Shown: positions 37,131 to 48,809 of the stretch, in pieces
Position numbering within the stretch: position 1 is the stretch's first letter
Layout of the letters: each line of letters starts with the position of its first letter
NCBI RefSeq assembly: GCF_036321535.1
Contig: NC_087438.1
Span: forward strand, 10,852,001-10,916,000
DNA length: 64,000 nucleotides
Reading direction: 5' to 3'
DNA from: Camelus dromedarius
Lineage: Eukaryota
Position numbers and translations under genes: made by a program
Notes under the pieces: generated by a model
Database searches by the model: none
What the model was told of the DNA's origin: nothing
Seen by the model: only the letters and a program-made list of their open reading frames with translations

Positions 37131-38440
37131 GTCTCATCTGTATTATTCTTTCCTCAAGTGCCTCAACTGAATGCATCTTTAATCTCAATGTTTACATGGA
37201 TTATATTAGTTGAAAGAATTAAGAGAGAGTATCTTGTCTTGGTATGGGAGGAAAGGGAAAGAGATACTATTAAAGACCAAATATTAAAAGCCTAATGAAT
37301 GTGACCTAATAAATTATTTTATATCAAATGAGACCTTCCTAAAATAATTAGCAAAAAAGTACCCATTAAGGTAGTTTTCCTGGCAAACGGGCAAGTTTAA
37401 TCAGCTTGCTTTTTTAAGCAGTTGGATAGAGTTTTCTAAATGTTAAAATTAAACATTCTGAAAGAATCCGGTAATTGTGAAACTTGCCCTCGTGATTACA
37501 TTCTAAAATACAAAAATGGGGCAGGAAATGATCTCTGTTAACCAGTGGATAGTTGGGAATCCGAAGCCGTGATGCTTGTTTTTTAGCTCCATTCAAATTT
37601 TCTCCAGGCACTGTCTTTGTTTATGTCTCATTTATTTCGTCTTTTAAGGTACTGTTGATATTCAGCTCTTCTACCCACAAGAGGGAATTATGAAGCTTGC
37701 TTTCTAATTATTTCCCTGAGTTAGTAACAGAATAGTAACTGTTTTGAGATTATTATCCTTCTGAAAATGCTATTTTAATTGAACCAAGGAAATATGTTTA
37801 AAATTACAAAATACAAGATACAGTGTGGCATACTTTCGTATGTCTATAGTCTTAGTTTTCAGTGCTATGTTTATTATACTTTTATGTACGATCTTCACAA
37901 TTTAAAAAAAAATTGGTAGCTTTATAAATCACGTTACTGGTGCCTAACAAAAAATTGCACGTGAAAGTTTGAATTAAGAGGAATAAATATCAGTGTTATT
38001 CTATCATGTCAAGCATCAGACACATTACATTTCTGTATCAGTTTTCAGTAAAATGTGTTCTAAAAGGAGACCTGAAATAACTGACAATAAAGTAGGCTGC
38101 TTAGTGGGTTTTCCCCAAGACTAAATTGTGATATAACTAATTTGCCCCGGCATTAGTCCATTTCCATTTCTGGGTTGTTACCCATTTTTTTGGCTTCTTC
38201 CTCAACTTCCCTTTGAAAGGTGGAACTTTCTTCTTAATCTTTCCTCCCTCTCAGTTTTATCAAAACATGCTCTAAGGAAGGAATTTGATTTCATTCAGTT
38301 TTTCTCTATGTGAACTGAAGCCAGTGAATCATTTCTCCATGATTATTTGTATCTTAAATCTCAGCAATAAATGCCGAAGCGAATGCTTTCTTCCTGGTAA
38401 CCTATATTTCAATTCCTAACAGGTGGAGGATCACATTTTA

Positions 38441-38624
38441 TCGGTAATTTTTTTACATAGTTTTTTTTTTTTTTTTTAGCTTTTGTTTGCTTGTGTTTTG
38501 GAGGGAGGTAATTAGGTTTATTTATTTATTTGTAATAATTTTTTTTGAATGGAAGTACTGGGAATTGAACCCAGGACCTCAGGCATGCTAAGCAGGCACT
38601 CTACCACTGAGCTATACCCTACCC
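38441..38624 (-). mobile_element. tRNA-Ala(AGC)-derived SINE, camelid Vic-1-like
   Basis: Minus strand GGGTATAGCTCAGTGGTAGAGTGCCTGCTTAGCATGCCTGAGGTCCTGGGTTCAATTCCCAGTACTTCCA (A box, B box), then AAATAAACCTAATTACCTCCC and an A tail; cacatttta repeated at 38432-38440 and 38632-38640. Confidence 0.88.
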
Positions 38625-39699
38625 TGGGAAGCACATTTTAAAGCAGAAAAGCAAATCTCCTTAGTCCTTCAATGATCATACATTTAATGCTTAAGATGGG
38701 TCATGATGACCAGGACAGCAACAAATGTTCTAGTTCAAAAATGCCTGGGATAAGGAGAAGAGATATATGAAGAATTTTTGCCTTTGAGAAACAGAGGCAT
38801 ATTTGAGAAGTTTTTGAAAATCTTTGAGAAATCAGCATATTTAGCCTGATTGCAGCTCTCAAGCTTACCCTGAGGTCTTGTTCATTTTTCAATTTTATCC
38901 TTCTATTGGCAGAAAAGAACCAAAGTCTGCATTCTCATTATTTTCTCATTTTATTGAAAAAGTCCTTACATTTTACTCATGTCCTCATTTTCCCAGAGAC
39001 CACAAATGGTAAATGAAGATTTAGATAATATTTAAATGAGAAACATTCGAGAACAAGAATGAAAGTATAAAAATAGACCGTTTGTTTCTAACGCACAGCT
39101 ATTATCTCATTAACTAGACTCTTTCTGATAGACAAATACGTTTCAATGGAAAAGTAGGACATTCTACATAGAAAGTGATTGTTGGAAATTAAATATGAAA
39201 TCTGAACTATTTGCAAATGAGAAAGCTCAGGATCTGTATTCTCACCACTAGTTTAATTCTGCCCCCTTGTGTGTACAGGATGCATTGAAATGGGGCCAAT
39301 CCACTTTACAGAAAACAAGGCAGGAATATATCACAAGCTGCATTAAAATTGTATCTAGGAAGAGAACATCTCTCTAAAATCAATATAAACTTCACACTCT
39401 GCAGTAAAAATGATATCATAAGGATCAACTTGTGCAACAGACCAAACAGTGAAAAATCTGACGTGTAACTCTACACCCATGTGAAGCTTAGGGTGACTCC
39501 CTTATTTACCTCTATTACACTCTCGGTCAAGACTGCACTTACTAAAGGAGAAAACATTTTTTTAAATTTCAACTCCAACTTATCAAAAGAATATTGGTTT
39601 TATTCTAGTATAGTCACTGCAGTTATTTAAAATACCAAACACCTCAAATTCTTGTAAAGTTTTTACAGCAAAAATATCAACAGTGTACCAAGAGGTTTG

Positions 39700-40774
39700 T
39701 GATGTGGAAATAAAATACACAGCAATATTAGCACAAAGATGGAAGAAGGCGTACATGAAATTAAACTGTTGTGAGATTTGTATATTGTATGAGGAGTCAT
39801 ACTATATTAATTCAAGGTTGACTGTAATAAGTTAAAGATGCACATTATAATCTCTAGAGCAATCACTAAAAATCACTTCATATATTAATGAAAGTGTCAA
39901 TAAAAATTTAATAGAAAAAATCGAATGGAATACTTAAAAAAACAATTGATCAATCCAAGAGAGATTCAGAGATGAGGATCAAAATAATAAAACAACACAA
40001 ATACAAAACAACAAAACAAACAGTTTTACAAATACATGAAAACATACAACAAAATGATACAAATAACACAATTCTGTCAATAATTGTGTTTAATCTAAAT
40101 GTGCTAAAAATTCTGCGTAGAAGACAGATTGTTAGACTAGATAAAAAAGCAATATTCAACCACATGCTATTTATAATAGACTCCCAATAAATGTAATCCA
40201 AAACATGAGAGCTCATGTGCCATACATCATCACACAAAGTAGACTTCAAGGCAAGATGTATTATTGGAGGTAAAGAGTGATTTCATAGTGATAAAGCATC
40301 AATTCATCAAGAATATAAAATGCTACTAAATGTATACACATTATGACAGAGCTTCAAAATACATAAAGTAAAAGTTACAGAACTAAGAGACAAATTAAAA
40401 ATTCCACAATAATAACTGGAGGATATTAACACCATATGCTCCAATTAAAATAGAGCACATACACCAAAAAAAAAAAAAATCATTTAGATTGATTGAAAAA
40501 TTCTAACACCCCAAACACAATCATCTAGAATATTATACCCCATAGCTATAGAACACACATTTTTTCCAATTAGATGTGGAATATTTATCAAGATAGATAC
40601 AAAGCCTCTCTTTATAGGATTGAAATATACAGTATGTTACTCTTAAGAGAATTAAGTTAGGAAACTACAACAAAATAAATCCAGAAAATCATCAAATGTT
40701 GATAAATAAGCGAAATATTTGCAATAACTAATGGATTAAAGAAGTCACAAGACGAATTAGAAAATATTTTGAAC
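39700..40774 (+). mobile_element. Old L1 (inter-ORF region and ORF2 endonuclease), left part
   Basis: acaaagtagacttcaaggcaag..gataaagcatcaattcatcaagaa..agagcttcaaaatacataaag..gaattagaaaatattttgaac. Confidence 0.88.
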
Positions 40775-41289
40775 TTAGTGCTTTTTATTTTAGACTGTGT
40801 CATGTTTATGACAGACAAGAGCCACTTGAGCACAATAGTCTTGATGGAAAAAAATCAGAGGCATGTAAATGTTCTCCTCCTTTTTGAAACCCATGTTTAC
40901 TTTCTTTCCGTGAAATAAGGCTGTATGGAAAACCTTGAACCGCAGTGCAACCCACAGAACTAACTTTGGTTCATCGATGCCGTGACACGGCTGTTCCAGC
41001 AGGAGACACGTCTTCTCTGCAGTGTGAAGCCAGTGATTACAGTGATTAGTGTACTCAAATCAGCTTTTGTCACCATTGTCTTTGACTAAGGAGGGCAGTG
41101 GGTTGATATGACGTTATTAGGCTCATTATTTTAAACAATATATGTATTTTGCCAGAATACTGAGATGGATGACCTTGAAGTCCAATTTCTTTACTGGTGT
41201 CTTTGTCCAGGGATAAAATTGATTTCCCATTTGGCATCAGGGCAACAGTACTGTCTTCATCAATATCTGTATTGTGAGTCTGTGCAAGT

Positions 41290-41440
41290 CACAAATCTGG
41301 GAATTGGGGTTGTCCTCTGCTTTCAGCAGATCCTGGGTAAACCAGTAATTAACCTCACAGATGCCTCAACTTCCACATCCTGTATTGTAATAGTGTGTCT
41401 CCCTGAGACGTCAGGGTCATGAATTGTCATGTCAAAATTG
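41290..41440 (+). mobile_element. MIR remnant inside the L1-splitting insert
   Basis: cctgggtaaaccagtaattaacctcacagatgcctcaacttccacatc..gtaatagtg..cagggtcatg. Confidence 0.55.
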
Positions 41441-41549
41441 ATCTTGGTGGGCCTTTTGTTGGGAAACTACTGATTTACATTTTGGCTCTTCCCATTCCCA
41501 GACCACCAAGTGCACCAGGGGCCCTTGCAGCCTGCCCTGCCTTGGGTGT

Positions 41550-41905
41550 GAATTAAACAATATTTAAACATGACATTAAAATTTATGGGATGCAGCCAAA
41601 GCACAGCTTAGAGGCAAATTTATGGCTCTAAATACTTACATTTAAGAAGCTAGGAAAGAGAAAAAAAATCTTTAAAATAAGAAATTAAAATCAAAGTTAT
41701 AGAAAAAAGAAGTAATTAATGTAATAAATAAAAGAGAAAAAAGCAAAGTAAATCAATACATTTCATATGAAACCTCTCTACAAGGCAGGAATTGAAGGGA
41801 AGCATCTTAACCCAATAAAGCATATACATGCAATGCCTATACATGACATTGCACATAGTACATATATATATTGCATGATCCATATACATATGTATTATAC
41901 ATAAT
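41550..41905 (+). mobile_element. Old L1 ORF2, right part (continues 39700-40774)
   Basis: aaaatttatgggatgcagccaaagcacagcttagaggcaaatttatggctctaaat (NLWDAAKA..RGKF motif). Confidence 0.85.
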
Positions 41906-41911
41906 TGTGAA

Positions 41912-42935
41912 GGAATAGAAAGAGCAAATATGTGAATTTACTGACATCAGTAGTTTCCCAACAAAAGGCGCACCAAGATTACTCCACAATAAGCTCCAGG
42001 CTGACAATCTCTATCTACAGGGCTTCTAAGTACACTTTTATTTCCCCACTGTGACTCAGGAGCAAGAAACCAATTGTTGTCAGACATCTAAGGAAGACCA
42101 CTAAAGGCAGAGATCCAAACAACAAAACAGAAAATAAAATATGCAATAAAAACAGAAAACCTGGAGAAACAGAAAATATAAAGAAGAACTTCAAACCAAC
42201 TTTAATATTAACATCCTTAGAGGCGAGAAAATATTTTGCAACCACAAGACAAAAACAGGATGCATTAAAAATATAAGCAAAAACAAGAAAAAAAAAATCA
42301 GAGAACAAAACATTGCTCTTGGGAATTGAAACCTTCACATCAGAAATAAAAAATATGTGGAAGAGTTAGAAGATGAGGTTGAGGGACTCTGACAGAAAGT
42401 AGAGCCAAAAGTTGGACAATAGGAGAGAAATGGTAAGGAAATTAGAAAGAAAAATACCATATGAGATCACTCATATGTGGAATCAAAAAAAATGAGCATA
42501 AATACAAAACAGAAACAGACTCAGAGACATAGAATACAAACTTGTGGTTGCTAAGGGGGCGGGAGGTGGGAAGGGACAGACTGGGATTTTAAAATACAGA
42601 GTAGATAAATAAGATTATACTGTATAGCACAGGGAAATATATAGAAGATCTTGTGGTAGCTCACAGCGAAAAAAAAATGAGACAATGAATATATGTATGT
42701 TCATGTATTAACTGAAAAATTGTGCTCTACACTGGAATTTGACACAACATTGTAAAATGACTCTAATTCAATAAAAAAAATGTTAAAAAAAAAAAAAAAA
42801 GAAATTAGGGGACCAGTCAAGGAAGCTTAACATTTGAATAAGAGTAGTTCTGGAAAAGAGAACAGAATCTGTATGGGGAAAAAATCATCAAAAAATTATT
42901 CAAGAACATTTCAGAAAGTGAAGGACATGGCTTCA
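41912..42935 (+). mobile_element. HAL1-like element
   Basis: tactgacatc..cagacatctaaggaagacc..aacttcaaaccaactttaatattaacatccttagag..aaacaggatgcatt..gaccagtcaaggaagcttaacatttgaataagagtagttc. Confidence 0.65.
42446..42797 (+). mobile_element. Young lineage-specific L1 3' end with poly(A) and TSD
   Basis: aaagaaaaataccatatgagatcactcatatgtggaatc...caataaaaaaaatgtt(A)n; TSD gaaattag at 42438-42445 and 42801-42808. Confidence 0.92.
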
Positions 42936-43198
42936 CTTCTAGTCTCATGGTACAAACCCTAAGTGATTTTATTCTTTTTTATGGCTTGTCTTCTATGAGA
43001 TTTATATGAATCTTCAGCCCACACTCCTCTCTTGTACATTGAAATACAATTTTATTGCTACCAGACATCTTGTATTGGAGGCATAACGGTAAAACAAGTA
43101 GATATGTAAGCAACTTTAAAGAGAACCTTGCAGAATGGGCTAGAGTGCTTGAGTAGAACTTCCAAGTAAGTGAGACTTGAGATGCACCTTTAAGCCTT

Positions 43199-43671
43199 AT
43201 GTGTCAGTTTTCCACTTGCTGCTGTAATATATCACCACTAACTGAGAGGCTTAAAACACAGATTTATTCTTATCACCCTGGAGGTCAGAAATCCAAAATG
43301 GGCTAACATCAGGGTGTCAGCAGCGTTCTGCTTCTTCTAGGGACTCTAAGGGAGAATCTACTTCCTTGTTTTTCCCGGATTCTAGAAGCTGCCAGCATTC
43401 TTGGCTCATGGCCTTCTTCCATCTTCAAAGCTAGAAATCATGTTGCTCTGAACTCTGCTTCTGTCTACTCCTCTCTTTTCTGACTCTGCTTCTCATGTCC
43501 TCCTCTTGCACTAATAAGGACCCTTATGACTATGTAGGCTTGCAAGGTAATCCAGGATAATCTCCCCATCTCAAGATAATAAATTTAACCAGATGTGCAA
43601 AAGCCTTTTAGTCACATCAGGTAATGTAGCCACAGCTTCCAGGAATTGAGGCTATTCTTCTGCTTGTCACA
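43199..43671 (-). mobile_element. MLT1 (C/D-type) solo LTR inside an L2 remnant (~43080-43950)
   Basis: ttgctgctgtaa..ggcttaaaacacagatttattctt..ctggaggtcagaaatccaaaatggg..taatccaggataatctccccatctcaagat. Confidence 0.88.
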
Positions 43672-44230
43672 GCTGGGTAGAATTGGGATCTCTAGGGAGA
43701 AGTCATGTTCCATATCATAAAAAAAATACATTCAGTATATTTCAGGGCAGTGAGGAAGCTTTCTGGTTGGTTTAGAGTCTTGTATTGGGATGTACGGAGT
43801 GAATGGATAACTGGGAGCTACTGTGGAGGAGCCATACTATGAAGAAAGTTGGTTGCCCAGATCAGTGTATTTTGACTTTTCTGAAATCAATAGGAGAACT
43901 CTTAAGTTGTTAAAATATAGAATAAATGGTCCTAGAGCTGTACAGACTCTTAAGAGAAGTTCTGACCCCATCCCCTGCCTTTAGGAATGTAAAGTGTGAT
44001 GATAAGAACATGAAGATAAGACCACAATAGGCCATCTGTTGTCTTACCTGAGGCATCGATTTGGAGTATTAGCAAGCCTTCTCTTGTTATTAATGAAGGG
44101 TAATTCTGCCCTGGAAGGGGTGATACAAATTCTCTATGCATTACCTTGCAGAATATTGATTTATTAGCTTTTCCTTTGGCCAAATGGAGAAGAGCAGGAA
44201 TGTGTCTGAGCTCTTCTGCCAATCAAAACT

Positions 44231-44620
44231 TTTTGGAGCTGCAGATGCCAATTTCAATATAGGTACCATGCTAATCAATTAGTATGTAATATTTTTACAT
44301 TCCAGGGGAGATTACACTTAACCTTTGAGATCCATCTGGATTCAAGGGGGATTTTTATGGACAAAACTTAAAAGAATGCTTGCTTAGTTACCAAACCTGA
44401 AAATAATTTAATCCTAGTGAATATTCCCAGCCGTCAACTTTATCTCAAAAATTTCTTCTAAATGGTTTTACTCTGGAATGCTCTTTCTTGTACCTACTTA
44501 CACACCCCACCCCATATTTTCAGAATTCCTTATACCAGTGTAACTTATTAAGAAGGCTTGTGTATTCATGGCTATAGATAGGATTTCATTTGGTAAGAAT
44601 GGAATCAGAAATACAGGGTC
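44231..44620. repeat. Diverged ~390-bp repeat, copy 1 (possibly an ancient DNA transposon)
   Basis: Colinear similarity with 47920-48306; first 29 nt are 27/29 identical. Confidence 0.65.
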
Positions 44621-45020
44621 TAAAGAAAACTGATACTTAACAGAAGACTATAGGAGTCAGGCTTTAAGAAAAGATAAGGGGGTTTAATATTCTTCTATGA
44701 TTTTCCTTCTTGATGCCTCTTTTTGCACCATGTTATTTCAGAGTTGGACCTGAATAAGATCCACTTTCAGACTTTTAAATCCTTCCCCCCTCTAAATTTA
44801 TACACATACATTTTGTTTAACGTCTTATGAGACAAATCTGCCATTTTTCTAAAAGATGCAACTTTAACATCATTAAGCAACATTACTCTTATATCTAACA
44901 AGATTTTAATCCTCAGTATTATCAGAATACTTGAAGCAACTTATATCTCCTGTTTTTCAAACCTATCATACCTTGTTTTGTAAAGCTATTTTTTCTTTTT
45001 TGGACAGGGAAAAAAAGTAA

Positions 45021-45151
45021 TTTTTTAACATTTTTTATTGATTTATAACCATTTTGCAATGTTGTGTCAAATTCCAGTGTTCAGCACAATTTTTCAGTCA
45101 TACATGGACATATACACACACTCATTGTCACATTTTTTTCTCTGTGAGCTA
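45021..45151 (-). mobile_element. Young L1 3' end (related to 42446-42797)
   Basis: ttttttaacattttttattg..aatgttgtgtcaaattccagtg..agcacaatttttcagt..cattgtcacattttttt..ctgtgagcta. Confidence 0.9.
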
Positions 45152-46149
45152 TTTTTTTTCCTTCACACAGAATGATCTTACACCTTGAAAATGTTACTTT
45201 TTGAGCACAGCCCAACACACACTTAGTTTCTAAGGTGCAAGCATCATGGTTGGCATAGCAGAATAATCTAGGGACTAGATTTGCTAATTGAAGGATGGGC
45301 ACCTCTATGTTTCTCCCACTGTGAGAGTGTGGGGAAATACCAGTTTTTAAAGTAAGGTTTTGCCATTCACAGAAACTTCAGGGAGATTTTCATCCCTTAA
45401 TGTTTAACTGTTACACATTTCAATTCAGGCGAAATAATATCCCTTCAGTGATGTGTGGTTCATGAAAGAAGGTCAGCATGTAGAAAGCTATATGTCTTTT
45501 GTATCTTGAAATAAGGGATGAAGGACCATATTGTTCCTAGGTCCTTGTGCTCCAACAGACAAAAGGTAGTACCAGGAAAGTACAGGCCCATATTTTCTAG
45601 CAGGGGCCATTTTTAATTAGCGCGTGACGATGAATCCTCTTCATCCTACCGTTGAGACTTCTGACCACATCAGAGAGATTAGGAGCAGAGGAATGACGAG
45701 CACTCCTGGAGTGTTTGCTCACTGCTCCACACATTGTCCTGAGCAATGGACTTTCTTTAATGGAAGAAGGACAACTAGCAATCATGCTGTGACAATGGCT
45801 AGCAACGGGTGGTGTGACAGCCCCAGAGGAGGGGTGGATCACCCACTGAAAAGTGATTAAATCAGTTCCTGCAGAGAATAGTGTATCAGTGCATCAGCTC
45901 TGTCTCCAAATGTGCTGTCCCTCATTCTTGTCCAAAAGCAGCCAACACTGAAATTATCTTAAGATAACAATGGTCACCTGTGAAATACATGGGATATTTG
46001 AACTTAGATGGAAACAATTATAAAGTTTTCTTGTTGACACAGGTCAAATGGAAATAGTTTGGAGATTGTTTTCTGTATCACTTGAGGGGAACAGAGTCCC
46101 CTTGGAGAAGTCAAGGACATTGGTAACTCTTGAACCAGGGGTTAGATTT

Positions 46150-46400
46150 TAGTATCTACACCCTCTCCTCACTCCTTACCTCCTTCTGCTGGGCTATTTA
46201 CTCTATTTTTTCATGGTACTTATTACCTTCTTATGTGCTTTATCCTTTCTGTATTTAGTTTATTTTAAAATTGTTTGTCTCAATGGTAAGCTCCAAAGAG
46301 CAATGATTATTGTTTTTTCCAACGCTGAAACCCAAGGACAGTGACTTTTATATGATAGGTGTGCAACAAGTATTTCTTAAGTGAATGAGTTAGTGAAAAG
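46150..46400 (+). mobile_element. L2 3' end
   Basis: tgtttgtctc..gtaagctccaaagagc..tgataggtgtgcaacaagtatttcttaagtgaatgag. Confidence 0.7.
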
Positions 46401-47919
46401 AGTAGTTTTCATCTTTGATACATTTCAACAATACTTTAAAATAACTGTAACCCAACATTATGCAACATACAGTTACATCAACCATACAAATTCCAGGGTC
46501 AGTACAGAGTCTAGAATCATTAGAAAATTTAAATCTCAATAAGATTCCTGCCACTGGAGGACCCTAAGTAATAATAGAATATCTCAACAACCTAACCATT
46601 AATATTTTATCTGGAGCACGTTCTAAACTTTAATTTGCTGAAGAGCTCAAGCTCATCAAAGCTATGGGTAGTGCATCTAGCAACTTCATGCATTTGCAAT
46701 GTTTACTTTTTAAATAAACATTTGTCCTTTAATTGAGTTTGAAAATTTTTCACTTGGATGGCATTGTTTCTAGGAAAAAAAAATCATATTAGTACTTGGT
46801 CTTCTGATGGCTAATGTTTTTAATATACTTGTACAATTACTAAGTTTAAATAACAACCTTCTATGGAGGAAAATCCTTACTTATAAGAGCCATGAAGATT
46901 GGTGCACTTTGGCTATGACAGGAGATGGGCTTAATGAAAATTTAACTTTTCTGGGAATTCTGAGTTTGTATTGGCAGGTTTTAGATTATGAAAATTTTGC
47001 TTGTATTTAGTTATAACATAGTTAATAATTTTCAGCTCTTTCTTAAAAATTCATATATGTATTTATATATGATATATGAACATATATTTACATATATGTG
47101 TATAATAAATACATGTGTATGAATATTTAATATTGGGATTTTACTGAGATTTAAATTTTTTTTGATGATTCTAGACTCTATTTTGACCCTAGAATTTGTG
47201 TGCTTGATGTAATGAGATCATTTTTTTCCCATGACCAAGAGTCCCTTTAAAGGGAAAATTAAATTTTAAGCTTTAGAAGTTCCATATTTATATTTTGTTC
47301 AAGAGTTAACAAATCTATAATTCTACAATGGAAGTCTTTAAGGCTCTTGAGCCAGGAATCTCTTGCTTAGGAAAGAAAGAAAAAGTTAAAGATTTTAAGC
47401 AGCAGAAGAAATGAAAAATTTTATGATAGCCTTCTGTGAGGCAACCCAGGTTGGGTGAGTTGAGGCTGGAGTTGGGACAGCCTCAGGTAAGCAGGTAGGG
47501 ATCTGCATATTTCTGTTTCTGCCCAGGGTGGAAGAGAGATGCCACCAACAGAAAAACTTTAGCTTCCAGGAGAGAAAAGGACACTACAGAGAAAGATCTT
47601 TTATCTGCACACGTACCCTCCTGGATTGCAGGGGCACATCTGTGGAGAAGAGGCAGGGCCAGAATGTCAGGTTTCTCCTCTGATGACCCCGGTACCATTT
47701 TAGATCTCTCATGCTGTTCCCCACACCTGGTGTTTTCTATCATCTATTTTTTTTAAGCCATGTTATGCATCAGAAAAGGAAGATACAAAATCTTTTATAC
47801 CCTTTCTTTTAATATAAGAAATCTGTCATCATCTGCTATTGATTATATTTTCCTTTATCCAAAGGAATAAGAGACTGAATTTGAAGCTTTGGGTTAAATG
47901 AGTCCCAACTTTATATAAC

Positions 47920-48306
47920 TTTTGGAGTTGCAGATGCCAATTTGAATACAGCTTTTAATTACCATGTAATACTTTGAGATGTGGTGGGGATCCCCTTCTA
48001 GGAGACTATGTTAAACCCTTGAAGCCTACATGGTCCCAAGGGGATTCTGGGACATCCTAGTAGGACACTTCCCTGGTTACTAAATGTAAAACAGAATTTA
48101 AACTTTCAAAGGTTTTCAGCTTTAAACATAAGAGGTTATCTGAAATTAATTTACTATTTAGAATTCCACACCCTCTTACCCCATCCTTTGAAACCCCTCT
48201 TTATCATTTCGGAATTACATTCACTAGCCACAGCAGTTAGGAGGGCTTACAACTTCAGAGCTACATAGAGAATTCCTCTTGCACAGATCGAGCCAGAAAT
48301 AAAGGA
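47920..48306. repeat. Diverged ~390-bp repeat, copy 2
   Basis: See 44231-44620. Confidence 0.65.
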
Positions 48307-48316
48307 CAAAATATCA

Positions 48317-48678
48317 TGTTATGGACTGAATTGTTTACCTCCAAAATTCATAGGTTGAAGCCCTAACTCCCCATGTGACTGTATTTGGAAATAGGGCCTT
48401 TAAGGAGGTAATAAAGGTTGAATGAGGTCATTTGGGTTGGGCCCTAATCCAATACGGCTGGTGTCGTTTTAAGAGGAGGAGGAGACACTAGGGATGCATG
48501 TGCACAGAGGAAAGAACAGAGAGAGGTAGGTATCTATATGCCAAAGAGAGAGGCCTTAGGAGAAACCATCTCTGAGAAACCTCGATCTTGGACTTCCAGC
48601 CTCCAGATCTGTGGGAAATATATTTCCTGCCCAGTCTGTGGTATTTTGTTATGGCAGCCCTAGTGCTAGGCTAATACA
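48317..48678 (+). mobile_element. MLT1A/B-type MaLR solo LTR
   Basis: tgttatggactgaattg..caaaattcataggttgaagccctaactcccc..ggcagccc..ctaataca. Confidence 0.92.
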
Positions 48679-48809
48679 AGTCATAAGACTTTAAAAAGAA
48701 CATAGGACACAGTTGGTATTTAAATTTGGGGCCCATTGGTATGTAGGTTGTAAAAATGGCCACACTTTTTTGAAGCTTCTTCCATTAAGAATTGGAGTCT
48801 CTTTCTTCA

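Noticed and set aside
37389..37489. 10-bp inverted repeat gggcaagttt / aaacttgccc
   Set aside because: Short arms with an ~80-nt spacer and no TSD or internal similarity; compatible with chance in 64 kb.
38551..38624. tRNA-Ala gene
   Set aside because: Stems are disrupted and it is followed by a SINE-specific tail, poly(A) and a flanking direct repeat; it is a SINE head.
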